64,000 nucleotides of DNA from Vermamoeba vermiformis (taxonomy: Eukaryota): NCBI GenBank assembly GCA_045837725.1, contig JBEWZL010000124.1, forward strand, positions 558,001 through 622,000, read 5' to 3'. Numbering within the stretch: position 1 is the stretch's first letter; the number at the start of each line of letters is the position of its first letter. A model generated the notes under the pieces. The model was not told the origin of the DNA. It made no database searches and saw only the letters and a list, made by a program, of their open reading frames with translations. Positions 33,805 through 46,971 of the stretch are shown here, one piece after another. Position numbers and translations under genes: made by a program.

Positions 33805-36680
33805 ATGAATGAGCCTCATCATCCTCCTAGTCAAGAAATAGACGTACAACTTGTTCGAGAGATAGGCGAAAAAGTATATACGTATCTTGAAGAGTAAGAA
33901 TTAGAATTCGGAGTACTTCCCAATCCAACTCAGATCAGCGCATTTATGTTTATTAATATTTTTAAAATAGAATCCATAAAGGAAAATTCGATCAGGAATC
34001 ATTTCCTGAGTTAGAAGTCTTATTATTATGGATAAATGAACGACATCTGACTGTTGCGCAAACAAGCGCTTTACTCGATGCTCTAATGATGAAAAGTGAG
34101 TAATTTTAATCGCAATATAGCAAGAATAAGGCTTATAGATCATTCAAAAAATCAAATAAAATTTTTTTAAACGGTATCCCAATAATATCTTTTACGTCAA
34201 CAAAATAAATCATAATAATTAACAAGAATAAATATTAAATCACAGTTGTATATCTGACTTATAATTATGTTCGCAGAAAGAGGCTCAATTCGTGTTCTTT
34301 TCCCGCACCTATTTACGGTTCCACTCGTGACAGTAAGTAAAACTACGACTATAACTATATTTACTATTATCGAGTATCAATATAATACCTATTAATAGTA
34401 AAGTCACAATATTGCATTAATTCTGAACGAATATATTTGACCCTCGCTAACCAGTACTTTGCGGCGCTTGTGTAGGTCTCGAAATTTCATTTAGATTTCG
34501 ATAAACCGGCTGGCACGAAGCTACCCGTGTTCCAACAGCTCTACGATCACATTACACTCACGTGCTCTGACGGCAAAGTCGAATTTGCTTTTGAAAACAT
34601 TCAGAGTCCGCACATGGCTTACACGCTGCATTTTATTCCTGAACACGTGGTCGTACGAAAAGTACGTTAAATTCATATTCTTAATTATCATTATCTATTT
34701 ATTGGCACAGCCAGAATCGAGGTGAAGTTTTTTCATTGTCTCCTAATGACGTGATGTATTTTTAGGATCCGGTTGTAGTCCAAGTACGATTATTTCTTAA
34801 AAGCACAACAAAACAACGGCGAGTGTTGCCCGTGCAATTTCACAGCTCAAAACTCGATTTTTCATCGCAATTGTTCCTGCGACTTGACTTCGAGTCAGAA
34901 ATGGTAGAAGAGCTTGATTACAACGAGCTTCTATTCCAAGACGTCATAGGCGAGGGCAGCTATGGTCGCGTAAGTTTATATAAAAATCTGTGTATTTGTA
35001 ATTGTCCTAATGAATCGTTTTTCAGGTATGGCGCGCACGTTGGCGTGGAGATTTAGTTGCTTTAAAAGAATTCAAATTTGAACCTGACTTTGAAAAAGAA
35101 CGTTTTATATCAAGGTAATTCATCCCTATTCTTAAATCAGTAATTCCTATAATTCTACTTTGTTCTGAATAAAATTTAAGGATCGAGATCTTTTCTAATT
35201 TTTATAACAACAGGCTCCTTCCAGGACATCCTAATGTTGTTAAATATATCGGCGCATGCACTTCACCGCCACAACCAGCATCACCATGTATAGTCACTGA
35301 ATTCATTCCCGGCAAAAGGTACGTGGCCACATCCAGAGTTGACGCCCTTGTGGCATATTTACAAGCCTTACTAACGCCTTCTAATATTAGTCTCGATCAT
35401 TACTATGGCGAGAACAATCCCTTGCCATTAGAAATATGTATAGAAGTAGCGATTGAGATCTGCCGTGGAATGAGTTTTCTGCATCAAAGCAGCTTTTTGC
35501 ATTTGGATCTCAAACCTCAAAATCTTCTTGTAGTCTCATTAGATATGACTACAGTAAGCTAATATTACACATATTTACAAATTAACTAACAATCTTAATC
35601 AGCCTGCTCCTCACATTAAGATCGCGGATTTCGGCGTCAGTCGATTATTAGGACAAAGACTAAGCAGAGCTAGTAAGTATACAATAATACTTATATATTC
35701 GTTATTACCAGTATATAATATGAAATATTTTAGCTGTTCAAGGAAGTCCGATCTACCAAGCACCAGAAGTTTTTTCGGATTTCGCTTTGACGAGGCCAGC
35801 GGACGTTTACAGTTTTGCCGTAACATTATGGGAAATGACTACTGGTCTCAAGCCATTCGATAAGCACTCACATTTGGATTATTTCAAGTTTTTGGACATG
35901 CGTGCATCAGGCGAGTTACCAGGCCCAATTCCGGCTAATAACCCGCTCAAGGACATCTTGAATCAATGTCTCGATCCCAAACCTGAAAACAGACCGTCGT
36001 TCTCAGAATTAATCAACCAATTAGAAGCTATAAAACAAAAACCTGCGCCCAGCTGGCGTGCGTCAAGTGTGCAGCGTCACTCGATCCAGAAAGTTTATCT
36101 GCGACATTTGCAAGACTTTGAAGAAGCGAAGAAAAAGGCTCTATCAGCTCCTAATAATACAAATGTTAAGCCAGAGAAGGTTGCGAACAAATTTCAAGTC
36201 GGCGAAGACGTTAAACAGATCTTCCAGCGGATGCGGGTAAACGAAGACGAAAGCGACTACGCAGTGTTTGAATATGACGACACGAACTCGTTGAAAGTTT
36301 CTACGAGCGCTAAAGATGGAATGGAAGGTCAGTACAATTAATTTTCTGGAAAGTGATGTTCGATCGAGATCTAACTTTCGTACTTAGGTCTCAAAAAATA
36401 CTTACAAGAACGAGAAAATCAACGACTATATGTTTACTATCGCGCAAGGTTTACAGACGAGTATTCGAGCCAATACAAGTTTGTATTCATTACCTGGGTC
36501 ACTGAAAAGGTCCCTGCCTTCAAACGCGCATTTGTTTCTACGGACAAAGCCATCGTTAAACAAGTCGTTAAAGACTTTACGCTAGAATTATTTATTAGTA
36601 GCACTGATGAGCTTGATGAAGGCAAAATTGTACAGAAAGTCAAAGACATGTCAAATAATAACACCAATATTTCAATGTAA
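33805..36680 (+). CDS. TKL-type protein kinase with C-terminal ADF-H (coactosin-like) domain
   Basis: IGEGSYG, VALK, HLDLKPQN, KIADFG, YQAPE and DVYSFA. The C-terminus reads YKFVFITWVTEKVPAFKRAFVSTDKAIVKQVV. The start codon is uncertain. Confidence 0.85.
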
Positions 36681-36814
36681 AAATAAACAATACACCGTTA
36701 TTTATTATTGTAATTAAACTTGACTGCAACTCACAATAATTGATAAACAATAATTACTTCGGTCAAAAAAATTCGTAGTAATTCACAACAAGCACAGTTT
36801 ACGATAATAGTTTT

Positions 36815-38099
36815 TTATGGAGACCACTCAGCGTATTTGAAGCCGCATTCGCTCTTTGCCAAGCGAGTATTTCCATCGACATAACCAGTACGGCAAGCGA
36901 AGAAGTACAGTCTGCCATTATCGTAACCGACTGCTTGATGCAATCGCGCGTTGTCAGGCGATGCTTGAACGAACTTTGTAACGAACTGCCACGAATTATC
37001 ATTTTGCCTTTTGAGCACGAAAGCAGATCCACCGTTCTGAACTCGGGTAAAGTTGTAGTTGTCGTACGGAGCAGAGACAATAACAGTATTATCATCAATA
37101 TATAACAAGTCGTATCCTAATCCACCACTCGGCTTCAAATCACTTCCCATATCCTCTTGCCCAATGCTCGTCGTTACCACCCACACGTCTTGTCCACCAA
37201 TTCCGTACTGAAGGGCCAATACGTTGGAACTCTCATATTGATGAGCATTAATATAATTTGGGGTTGTTGCAGCCACCAGTGACAGATCGCCAGTGTACAC
37301 CAGGGGATTGCCAAATTGGTAGCGACCACTCGTGGAGAATGAAGCAGTGACGTTCCAAGAATAGTCAGGCTGGCGTATGGCAATGGAGGTAGTAGAGGGG
37401 CTATATAACACCACCCAATCTTCGTTGATGCTAACGCTGGATCCGAGCGCATCTTGAGACGCAATTTCTTGCCATTCGCCATTCACTTTCCCATACGTAA
37501 GGAGATTTCCGGTATCACTACTAGGCCAAACAATAGTATCATCTTTCATTACTCGTGCACGGTCGCTAGTAAAAGCAGTAACGTTTCGTACGCCAATAAC
37601 GTTGCGCGATCCGTCGACTTCGAAAACAGTTTGGAGGCACAGGAATATCTTGCCGTTGGTAGTGGCTCTTCTATGAATATATCCAATGGACCAGGCACAA
37701 GTAATAGGCGGTTCTACGGTGCTGTAAGTTCCATCGTTATTTTTGAAGATCAGAATGGGCGAGTAACCGTTGAGTATGATCCCCACGCCGTTCACAAACG
37801 ATGCACCGGGATAATTAGGGCGGCCAAAATAAGGATCTGGCCATTTTCCAGCTTGCCATACAGGCGTGTGGATAAAATCGCCAACAGTGATGGTCTAAAA
37901 TATTAGCTTAGAACCAAAAATGCAAATTTTCTATATTGAGGGTTGGGAAAATTTTTTTTTTATATTATATCTTTGAGTTTCATTCGAATTCATAACGAGT
38001 TATGCAAGAAAAAAAAAATTGCCTCAGATTAGTACTTACTGCAATACCAAAACAAGCGCTGAAGAAAGTAAAGATTAGAAAAACCACTGTCGTCTTCAT
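36815..38099 (-). CDS. Secreted beta-propeller (FG-GAP-like) protein
   Basis: Signal peptide MKTTVVFLIFTFFSACFG; repeats LGSSVSI and LGYDL...VIVSAPY...GGSAFV. Confidence 0.65.
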
Positions 38100-38203
38100 A
38101 TGTTGCTTAAGTAACAGGTTAATACAAAGATTAAAAAGTGTAAAACAGTTCCGCCTATTAATAGCAACAAAAAAAGTTAAACATTTTATTTTAATCTTTA
38201 CTC

Positions 38204-39757
38204 ATGATGAAAGCAGCAGCGCGCATTTTTCTTGCTATTTATTTGTGGAGCGTTGCGTCCGCAACCGCAGCGGATGTGCCCGTAAGTGCTGCATTGAATT
38301 AATGATTTATTTACGTTATTAATAATTCGCAAGGTTGTGTACGCTAAATATGCTAACGCTACTTACTCTGGCAATCGACCTTCTTTGGATCTATTTGGCG
38401 ACGCTCTTTTTATTGGCTGCAATCCGCCTTTTGGTAAAGCTAGCGCAATTTATGTTCCAAGATCTGATGGAACCTATCAAACAATTAACAACGTTGTTGA
38501 AAACATGCCAAATGGTACAGAGTACTGCAGAGGCCCAATTTCCTCCGAGTTTTTTTATTTCAACTCTGGAACTACCGGCAAGATCTTTTTCAACTCGCGT
38601 GTTGACGGCAACACAGTCAATTCTTTAACGGTATTCTTTACTCTCGACGAGAACTATCAACCAACAAATATCAAAGAGCTACCTATCGGTTTCAACAAAT
38701 TTCAGGCCTTGCCAACCGGAGCTATCTACGGTAGTCTGGTTGGCCTTGACTGGAGGCAGCGCCCAGGTAGTTGTTGACTTTACAAACGGCGAATGGACTT
38801 ACGAATTTGTGAACAAAACATTGCCGAAGAATGTGAGCACCACTGGAACTTGTTCTTATGGAGCCTATCAAGTGAACAGTAGAACCGTAGACAACAACCT
38901 GCAGCCTCAGGTGTACTGCATGCAGTCTGATTTGACCTGGGCCTTCATTCAACAACCTGTGTATACTGATTTGGACCAATACGACAACACTACACTAGAT
39001 TTTTATTTCAACGGTGAGGACATTATTAGCTTCACTGGCCGCAGTAAAGGTTTGGCAACTGGAGGCACACTTTATATGGGTCGATTGGATGGCACTGTGG
39101 TCACTAGTTTTAATATGATAGACTACGGTGAAAACTTCGATTATGTCCGAGAGGACACTTACTTGTGGGCTGATGATATTGTTATGGATTAACAAAGATT
39201 TGGCAGTGATGATTACCTTAGAATTGCCAAAGATATTCGATGACGTGGGAGGCCAAAGCGGCGGCAGTATCGGCATCGTGGTCCGTGACGAGAACGACAA
39301 TTGGAAACTTGGCGGAAAAATCAAGTTGGACGATACATTGCCTAATATGTATTTAAATCAAATGGGTGTGACGAAATCTTCTATTATGGCATTCGGTAAT
39401 TCGTTAATCCCTGGAAACAGAACCATCTACACGTACCCGGTGTGCTTCAAAGACCAACTTAATGTGACCTGCAAACAGAACGTTCAACTCAACAGCTACG
39501 ATCAGAACAATCCTCCCGCCCTCACTGACGCGTACTCATACGAGGACGATGGATGTGGCAAGCCTGACGTGAGTACTCAAAGCATCAACTTCGCAAATGA
39601 AGATAGCTCGGCTGTTATGCGCTTCGAACGACTTGGCGTGAAGGTCGGTCAATGCACTGTCACATTTACTTGCCCAAGACCGAAAACGTCTGTTGGTGAC
39701 CAAGGAGCAGTGCAGTTTGGTGGCATCGTTGGTCTTCTCGCTTTGATTTTTCTCTAA
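38204..39757 (+). CDS. Secreted, probably GPI-anchored beta-rich surface protein; two apparent frameshifts
   Basis: Signal peptide MMKAAARIFLAIYLWSVASA; three successive overlapping ORFs; hydrophobic C-terminus GGIVGLLALIFL. Confidence 0.6.
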
Positions 39758-39801
39758 TATAATGGCCTAATTCAATAAATGATTAAAAAAATTATTTACT
39801 C

Positions 39802-39996
39802 AGTGATTGTAATGGCCTTTCAATTGCTCGAATAATCCGTCACTGAGGTTGTTGCATCCGCGTAACTTCAATTGCGCGCAATCTCTCAATTATTCCGCTG
39901 CGCAAGAACTCCACCAATGTTCAGCCAGTCTTCATAATGCCGTCGTTAATGGATGGTAAATAAGGATAAGCCTTGCATTCTTAACGTTGTCTTTTG
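39802..39996 (-). pseudogene. Diverged, internally deleted duplicate fragment of the F-box/LRR gene (42303-42422 joined to 42563-42630)
   Basis: Direct nucleotide similarity to both source segments, with substitutions and indels. Confidence 0.85.
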
Positions 39997-40100
39997 TACT
40001 TTTTAATCGGAATTTCGTTAAAATTCGCTTCAAGAATAGACTATCCGACCTAAAAGGCTCACGCACTCGTTGGCCCTTCATTCTTGAACACATCGCGACA

Positions 40101-40608
40101 ATGGTGCAACTTAGAGGACTTCTACCGCGCTTGTCTGCCTACGACGAAAAATTTAGCAAAAAAACTGCGAACTCGTACGCATCTGCTAAATCTGGAGCAA
40201 GCTCTCTACTATCAACAGGATTAATCGTCTCCTACATTCTAACAGTAAGGTAGGTATTGATTATGGTTATAGAAAGAATATACTTAATATTTAAATAGGT
40301 CTCTGGCAATGCAGAATTCTTTTGGGTTTGCGTTTGCGATGGCTCTTTGTGGCTTACTATTCTCGTTCACGAAACTAATTCTTGGTGTCATTCTGAGCGC
40401 TTCGGACCTTACTGCTCCCCGATCTTCAGGGCAACAAGACGCAGAAACAGGTGCTAATGAGCGATTATCAGATGGCCCGGAAGAAGAGCCTCAAGTGATC
40501 CGAGGAGAAATTCGAGCCATAAACCTGGCTCTTTTGATCACGGATGTGTTTCTCTCGGTGTGTACAGGATCTCTTGCTGGTGTAGGTTATACCATCAATA
40601 CTGCATAA
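40101..40608 (+). CDS. Ninjurin-like membrane protein (152 aa, one intron 40250-40298)
   Basis: NSYASAKSGASSLL...QNSFGF...ILGVIL...INLA aligns with NINJ1 as recalled (NHYASKKSAAESML...QGPSFAF...VGVLL...LNNLA). Amphipathic helix followed by two TM helices. Confidence 0.65.
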
Positions 40609-40791
40609 ATTTGTTTTTACTTGCATGCTTCCGAAGATTGTTTTGATAGTTCTTTCATTACGCTTAATTCTCGTTTTACGTGATTTTGCCAAAGCAGGCA
40701 AAAATATTAGCTTGGAATTTCATAGCAAAAGTGGACCGGTGCAGCGTATAACATACTTTTAAAGACAAATTTACAAAATATTTACATTAAT

Positions 40792-43700
40792 CTAATTAGA
40801 GTAATCTAGTACTTGAGTATTCGGCAAGGAGCTTTGAGATCCGGTTTGATTGGTATTATTGGTGCTATTATCTTCGTCTATATTATAACTCCAGCCATCC
40901 CAATGCAACTGTGACGAATTCAACGAGCTTTTTAGACTTGAGCCACTAGAAATGATATTTTGTTTAGTCAATGCGCTCGGTACTTGTTCGTTATTTTCTT
41001 CATCGTTACCATTCTTAGCAGCCTCATCTTCGACATGCTGGCTGTTGCTCTCGACAAATTTCAGTACATCAGCCATATCCACGTTATCACTAGTGTTGGT
41101 CTCGCTTAAAGGCAAGTGAGATTTGAGCGCGTCATCGACTGGCAACTCTTTCTTGATCTCGTCAAGTAGTGCGTCAACGTCTTCGTGTTTGCTGGACTTG
41201 AGGCTACCATTGCTCTTGTGGAGATTGGAATCGACTTGCATAGCTTCAGTGGGCTGCTGGGGCTTAGTTTCAGCTGGTTCTTGCTTCACCTCACCGGTAC
41301 CAAGCTCGCTGATGCGCAGCTCTTGACTGCGTGTCAACATAAACTCGCTCATATCAATGCCATCCAAGGCCTCAGCAAAATCAGCATCGAGTGGGGCTGG
41401 TGCTGGTGCGGGTTGTGGTGCCGGCTGCTCTTCTTCTTTCGGGAAGGCAAAGGCTTCGATTCTCTTGGGACTCTTGGGCTTTGACGGAGATGGGGGCGGG
41501 AATAACGATCTCTTGGCAGCTGAAGGGGCTGGGGCAGGTGACTTGGGCTGTGCGGCGTGTCCATTAGGCGTTGCCAGGTGCTTTTGAGGCGTGCTGGACA
41601 AGCTGCGTGGCGGTGATCTGCTGGGACTTCGTGCAGGTGATTTGGCCTTCATGGGTGTCGTGATAGGCTTCAACAAACCAGCGGCCTTGAGTCGGTCGTG
41701 AAGACTTTGCAACTCTTTAATCGTTTGGATCTTGCAGCTGGCCTCGCCGACAAACTCCGACTCTTCCACTGAATTGACACGATGATCGGACAACGTGCTG
41801 GCCACGACAAAGTTGTGACGGATGAAGGTGACTTGTTCGAGAATTCTGTCGTACTCGCGGATATTTGTCTCGTAGATGGCTTTGAGCTCCTGCGCTGGTC
41901 TGCGGAACAAAGTTTTTCCGACTGAATCGAAGGCAGTGACGTTGCATTGGCCAGTGTGATCGCCAATCAACATTTTCAAACGGTAACTTGTGCTCGGGAC
42001 GTCCAACTCAATAAAGCAATGTTCGCAGAAGAATTTTCCGTCGCCAGCACCAGTCGGCAAGACACGTCTGTTGCACTGTGGGCACGAGCTGTACCAAGGC
42101 ACTTGACCGCTCGGCATCACTGTCTTGATGAAGGCTGACACCAAGTGATAGCCCTTCACAGCTGAGATGTACTGGCGCACGTCGTTGACCGTGGCTTTCT
42201 TGACGAGTGGCTTCTGGAACTCGACTTTTTCACGCACGATTGACTCGAGTGTGGTCACGAGATCGAGTGACAAGTGACAGTGAACCAAGTCCAATTTTGG
42301 CAAGTGATTGTAATGGCCTTTCAATTGCTCGAACAATCCGTCGCTGAGGTTGTTGCATCCGCGTAACTTCAATGCGCGCAATCTCTTCATTATTCCGCTG
42401 CGCAAAAACTCCACTAATGTTCCGTCGTGCATTTTAGGGTTGTACTGAAGTTCCAAGTTTTTGACGTGTGGTAAACGCGAGAGGCACGACACGATGGCTG
42501 CTGTCGAGATAGGACAGCTGTCTAAGCGGAGATCTACCAAATTAGGAAAGTGGTCTGGCAAGGTCTTCACAATGTCGTCGTTAATGGCTGGCAAATAAGA
42601 CAAGTCTAGTGTTCTTAAAGTTGTCTTTTGCACGCCATCGAGTGCTTCGACCAGGGCTGTTCTATCGATATTTTTGCAACGTCTGAATGTCAGTTCTTCC
42701 AAATTAGGCAATGTTCTGATTATATTCTTGAAGATCTTAGCAGAAACGTTGCAATCAGAAATGATTATCGTCTTCAAGTTGGTGCATTTGCTGACCAATG
42801 TGTTGATGCCCTTGTCAGTCACGGCATTGCAATCGAACAAATCAATCTTTGCAAGTGTTTTTTGCAATTCTCCGGCCACGAGAAATGCGAGGGTTTCATC
42901 AGTGATCTGACATCGACGAAGCGAAATTTCTTCGAGTACTTTCATCTCGGACGCAATCTGCTTGATAAGCTACAAACATGAGCAACATTAGTACTTGCCT
43001 AACATATTAACTTTTCGAGGAAGATCCGATCCAACAATGAGATCCAGATCAAAATTATTACTTACCTCGTCGTTGATCTTGCACTCCGTCAAGTTCAAAA
43101 ATTTCATGCCGGTGAATTTTGCAATGACGGTCAAAGTGTCGGAGGTGAGGGTAGAATTGCCCCACAAATCGAGTTCAGTCAAGTCAGTGCACTGATCCAT
43201 CAATAGCTTGAACTTCTCGGGCACGATCAGACCACGACGCAACGACAATTGTTTCAGTGAATCACCGCTATTCTCGAATATCTTCTCCCAAGGAGCCACG
43301 TTCTCAAGCACGACCACATCCGTAAGATCCAACGAACGGAATTGGCGTTTGCTGAATAGCGATTCGATGATGGCGGTAGGTCCCATATAAGTACCCCACA
43401 TATCAATCTCGACGACATTCGGCGTGGCAGCAATGATCTGTTGGATCGCGTCGAGCGGAATAAATGTTTTGTGGAGTGACAAGACTTGCAGCTTTTCATG
43501 AACGAATGCTGTCGTGTCGCTATTTTCAGTTTTAACTGCCGGCTGTTGCTGTTCTTTGATTTCTTCGGTCGGTACTTGCAGAGATTTCATGCGGATGCGG
43601 ACTTTGGCTGCTTGAAGATTCTCCAAATTGGGACAAAGCTTCAATATTCTTATAAGTGCTAGTGGATCGTCGAATGTTGATTCTGAGATGTCCAAATGTC

Positions 43701-44166
43701 GTAATTTTGAAGCGATTGGGGTGAGAAGTTTGATCAGATCGTCGAGCGAAAAGTTGCAGTTTCGTACGTTAATCCACTCGAGGTTCTGGCACTTCGAAAC
43801 CATATTAAATACTCTTAATCTAGCCTCTTTGTTGTATAGATTGTACGGGCGGCACAAGCGGAAGCTGAGATGCTTGACGTGGCTGAGAAATTCTAACGAG
43901 TGCACGATCTTCGACCAAGAGCGCGAAAGTTGTGCCGCGATGCCAAAAGTTGATGGGAATGGCAAAAATGATAATATATAGGCGATTACATCGTTCGTTA
44001 AAAATTCAGTTTGATTTTCTTCGAACTTTTGTCGTTTGGCGGGAGGTCTAAAATAACGAAATTAATTTACAGAATAATTTATTATTTTGAGTATAACTTA
44101 CTCTTCAACCGATCCTTCATTTGGCGTTATTTCCTCAATTTTTCGTTTTTTTGTTGCATTTTCCAT
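40792..44166 (-). CDS. F-box/LRR protein fused to RPA70 C-terminal (Zn-finger OB-fold) domain and disordered tail
   Basis: F-box LTNDVIAYILSFLP...LSRSW; many cysteine-containing LRRs; WYSSCPQCNRRV...FFCEHC...YRLKMLIGDHTG...TAFD. Confidence 0.85.
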
Positions 44167-45228
44167 TTGGATGTCTTTAATCTGTCAAACAAAGTTTCAT
44201 TAATAAGGGTATCGAGAATGCAATCATAATGTGTTATCAAAATCATTGTCATAATTATTTTTCCATTATTCGCTGTAATCGATGAATTTCTAAGCTGGGA
44301 AGATTTTCAGATTCGACGAAAAGATCTCGGGTCCAAGGGTAATCATTTACGAACCTCGATATCCATTGTTGGGCTGTTGTGTAGTGCAACGAAGTAAATT
44401 GTGTGAAAATGCAGTGTGAGCGGCGACAAGGATTTTGCTTTTTTCACGAGCGAAAATATATAACAGCCCGTGCATTGTTCCAACAACAGGCGTGTAACAG
44501 GCAATAATGCTCTTTATTTGTTACTAAAAGCCGAGTATATAACGGCTTACTAGTAAAGCATTATTATTAGGTTATTCTGAGTCAAATTTTAATGATCAGT
44601 TTCATCTAGGTAAAGCTGGATTTTTCTGGGTGCAATCAAACCTAATATTTGCTTTTAAATATTGATTTACCTCGTATTTTCATTAAGCTGGTATTTTTAA
44701 AGCTTCGGTGTAATTTTGAAATTATTTTGGCGATCTTGATTACTCTCAGACTAGAACGGACTTACACCAATGGCGCTACAAGAATCATCGGTTGCATGAG
44801 CGAAGTGAAGTACGTAAGCCTGACGTCAGGACGTAGGTGAGGCTAGATGCTCAGGCCAAACTAGTATAGCAACTCCGTGGCCATTCGCTTCGTGTACGAG
44901 AAGAAAACTTGCTGTTGTAATGCTTTCTAACTGATAATTTCTTGTTAGGCATTGTATTCAAGTGTCGCTTCAATCACATCATGTTGTCCTAATGCTGTCA
45001 ATTGGTTTTCGTAAGCTGCCACAAATAAACAAATGAAATTCAACTGCTAATTAAGTCCCTTATTAGGCAAGACTGATAAGCGCATCTAAGCTTCACTTCC
45101 TTGGACGCTATCTGTCATACATCAAAGATTTTTTCAGTGTCCGTTTTTGGGGTTGATACTTGTCATTATTACCAAACAATATTACACAACAACAATTCAT
45201 AGATTCGATATTGCGATTAAAATTAGCA

Positions 45229-46823
45229 ATGAAGAGACCCAGCGCAATCTTTTACGGATCTGTCTTTGTCTTGTTGTATCTCTCAGGCCTTTTACTTGCT
45301 AGCGTTTGGATTATAGTACTATCAACTATAGTCGCATATTTGACGCGAAGGTAAGTTGCTAAATTAACCGCTGACGATCTTATTTTTTTAATTTATTGCT
45401 AAATGCCTTTCTAACATAAAGAACAGAACTATCGAAGTTTACCTAATTGGCTAACGCTAAAGCTAGAAAGATACTAACCCCATTTTATATTTACGTTAGG
45501 TTCTTATTTGAGACCTATTGGCAACTTCCAGTGCCTCAAAATGGCGCTATTCTTATTACAGGCACCTCTACGGGCATAGGAAAAGAGCTCTCATTTCATT
45601 TTGCAAAGCGTGGATTTATGGTAGGTTGAAATTCGTAATTTGGTTCAGAAACATGACAGATCTGAAATAAAAATTTGGTAGGTATTCGCGACTGTACGTA
45701 AGACTGAAGATGCCGAGAGGTTACATCGAGAGTGCCCTGAGAACAAGCAGTTACTCAAGACAGTCATTATGGGTAAGCAGCATAGATCTTCGAATTTCCT
45801 TTTTTGGAATTATTGAACAGTGCTGTATCTATTAATTTCGTGTCAATCTAGATACTACCAATGAAGATCAGGTTCGCGACGCAGTAGAAACAGTACGATC
45901 AGAGCTGAAACAAGCGAATAAACAATTATTCTGCGTGATCTGCAACGCTGCTGTGGCGGAGTGTTTTCCAGTGGAAACAACTACTAAGCAGGATTACGAG
46001 AAGACTTTCGGAAGTAAGCTCATAGCCATATTGCTTTATTGTACTAATTCGATTCATTTAAAGCGAACGTCTTCGGCACGATCTCGACGATAAAAAGCTT
46101 TGCTCCCTTACTGCGCGAATATACAGGTCAAGGCAGCCCTAGAATCATGTAAGCAATGATTTGACGGCGATATAAAGGAATTACTTAGATTTATATTCGT
46201 TACTAACAATACTAAATTAAGCATTACTTCGAGCTTGGCTGGATTCCTTTCAACACAAGGATTAGGTCTCTATTGCGCCTCTAAGCACGTAAGCGAACGT
46301 AGTTAATTAGATCCATATTAACGGGGCATCATTTAGGCTATTGAAGCTCTGGCGGATGCGTTACAAGTTGAACTCCGGTACTGGAATATTAAGGTCTCGC
46401 TTGTTCAGCCTGGTACATTCGACAGTCCGATGATAACCGATATCCAAACGGGCCCTAAATACGAAACCGAACAATACAACCAAATGATACAAAATTTCAG
46501 AAAATCTTTTGGATGTGAGTACTGAATTCATCGGTTAAGTTGCCTTATTTAGTAATAATGATGTACGTTTATAGCTATGTTAAAGCTCCTCGGAATGAAA
46601 GAGTTGAAGCCCTTAGTCGATGCATTTGACAAAGTTGTCCTCGCGAAGTATCCTCCGGCGAGAAGATCCGTCGGTACGTCCTCAAATTACTTTAAATATT
46701 AACGGATCTAACCTTCTATCGCTAGGCATGGATGTTGACGCTAATTTCGTTACGCATTGCATGCCTGATTCGGCTATTTACTACACTTGGGTCTTTCTTG
46801 ATACTCTTGCTGCGAAGCTCTAA
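45229..46823 (+). CDS. Membrane-anchored short-chain dehydrogenase/reductase (RDH/17beta-HSD-like)
   Basis: ITGTSTGIG, CNAA, YCASK and VSLVQPG. Confidence 0.9.
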
Positions 46824-46971
46824 AAACTTAAAGCTGATAAATAAATTAAGCGATAACTCTGTTCTTGTTTCCATTTCGCCCACTAAACACGAGGCCTCAG
46901 GCTGATCGGTTTGGATTTTTTTTTTGCTGCTGATCCATTTTTTACTGTCAGTTGTAAATAGATAAACACAC

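Noticed and set aside
44250-45150. Possible small spliced gene between the F-box/LRR and SDR genes
   Set aside because: Splice-like signals exist, but no consistent reading frame or recognisable product could be built.
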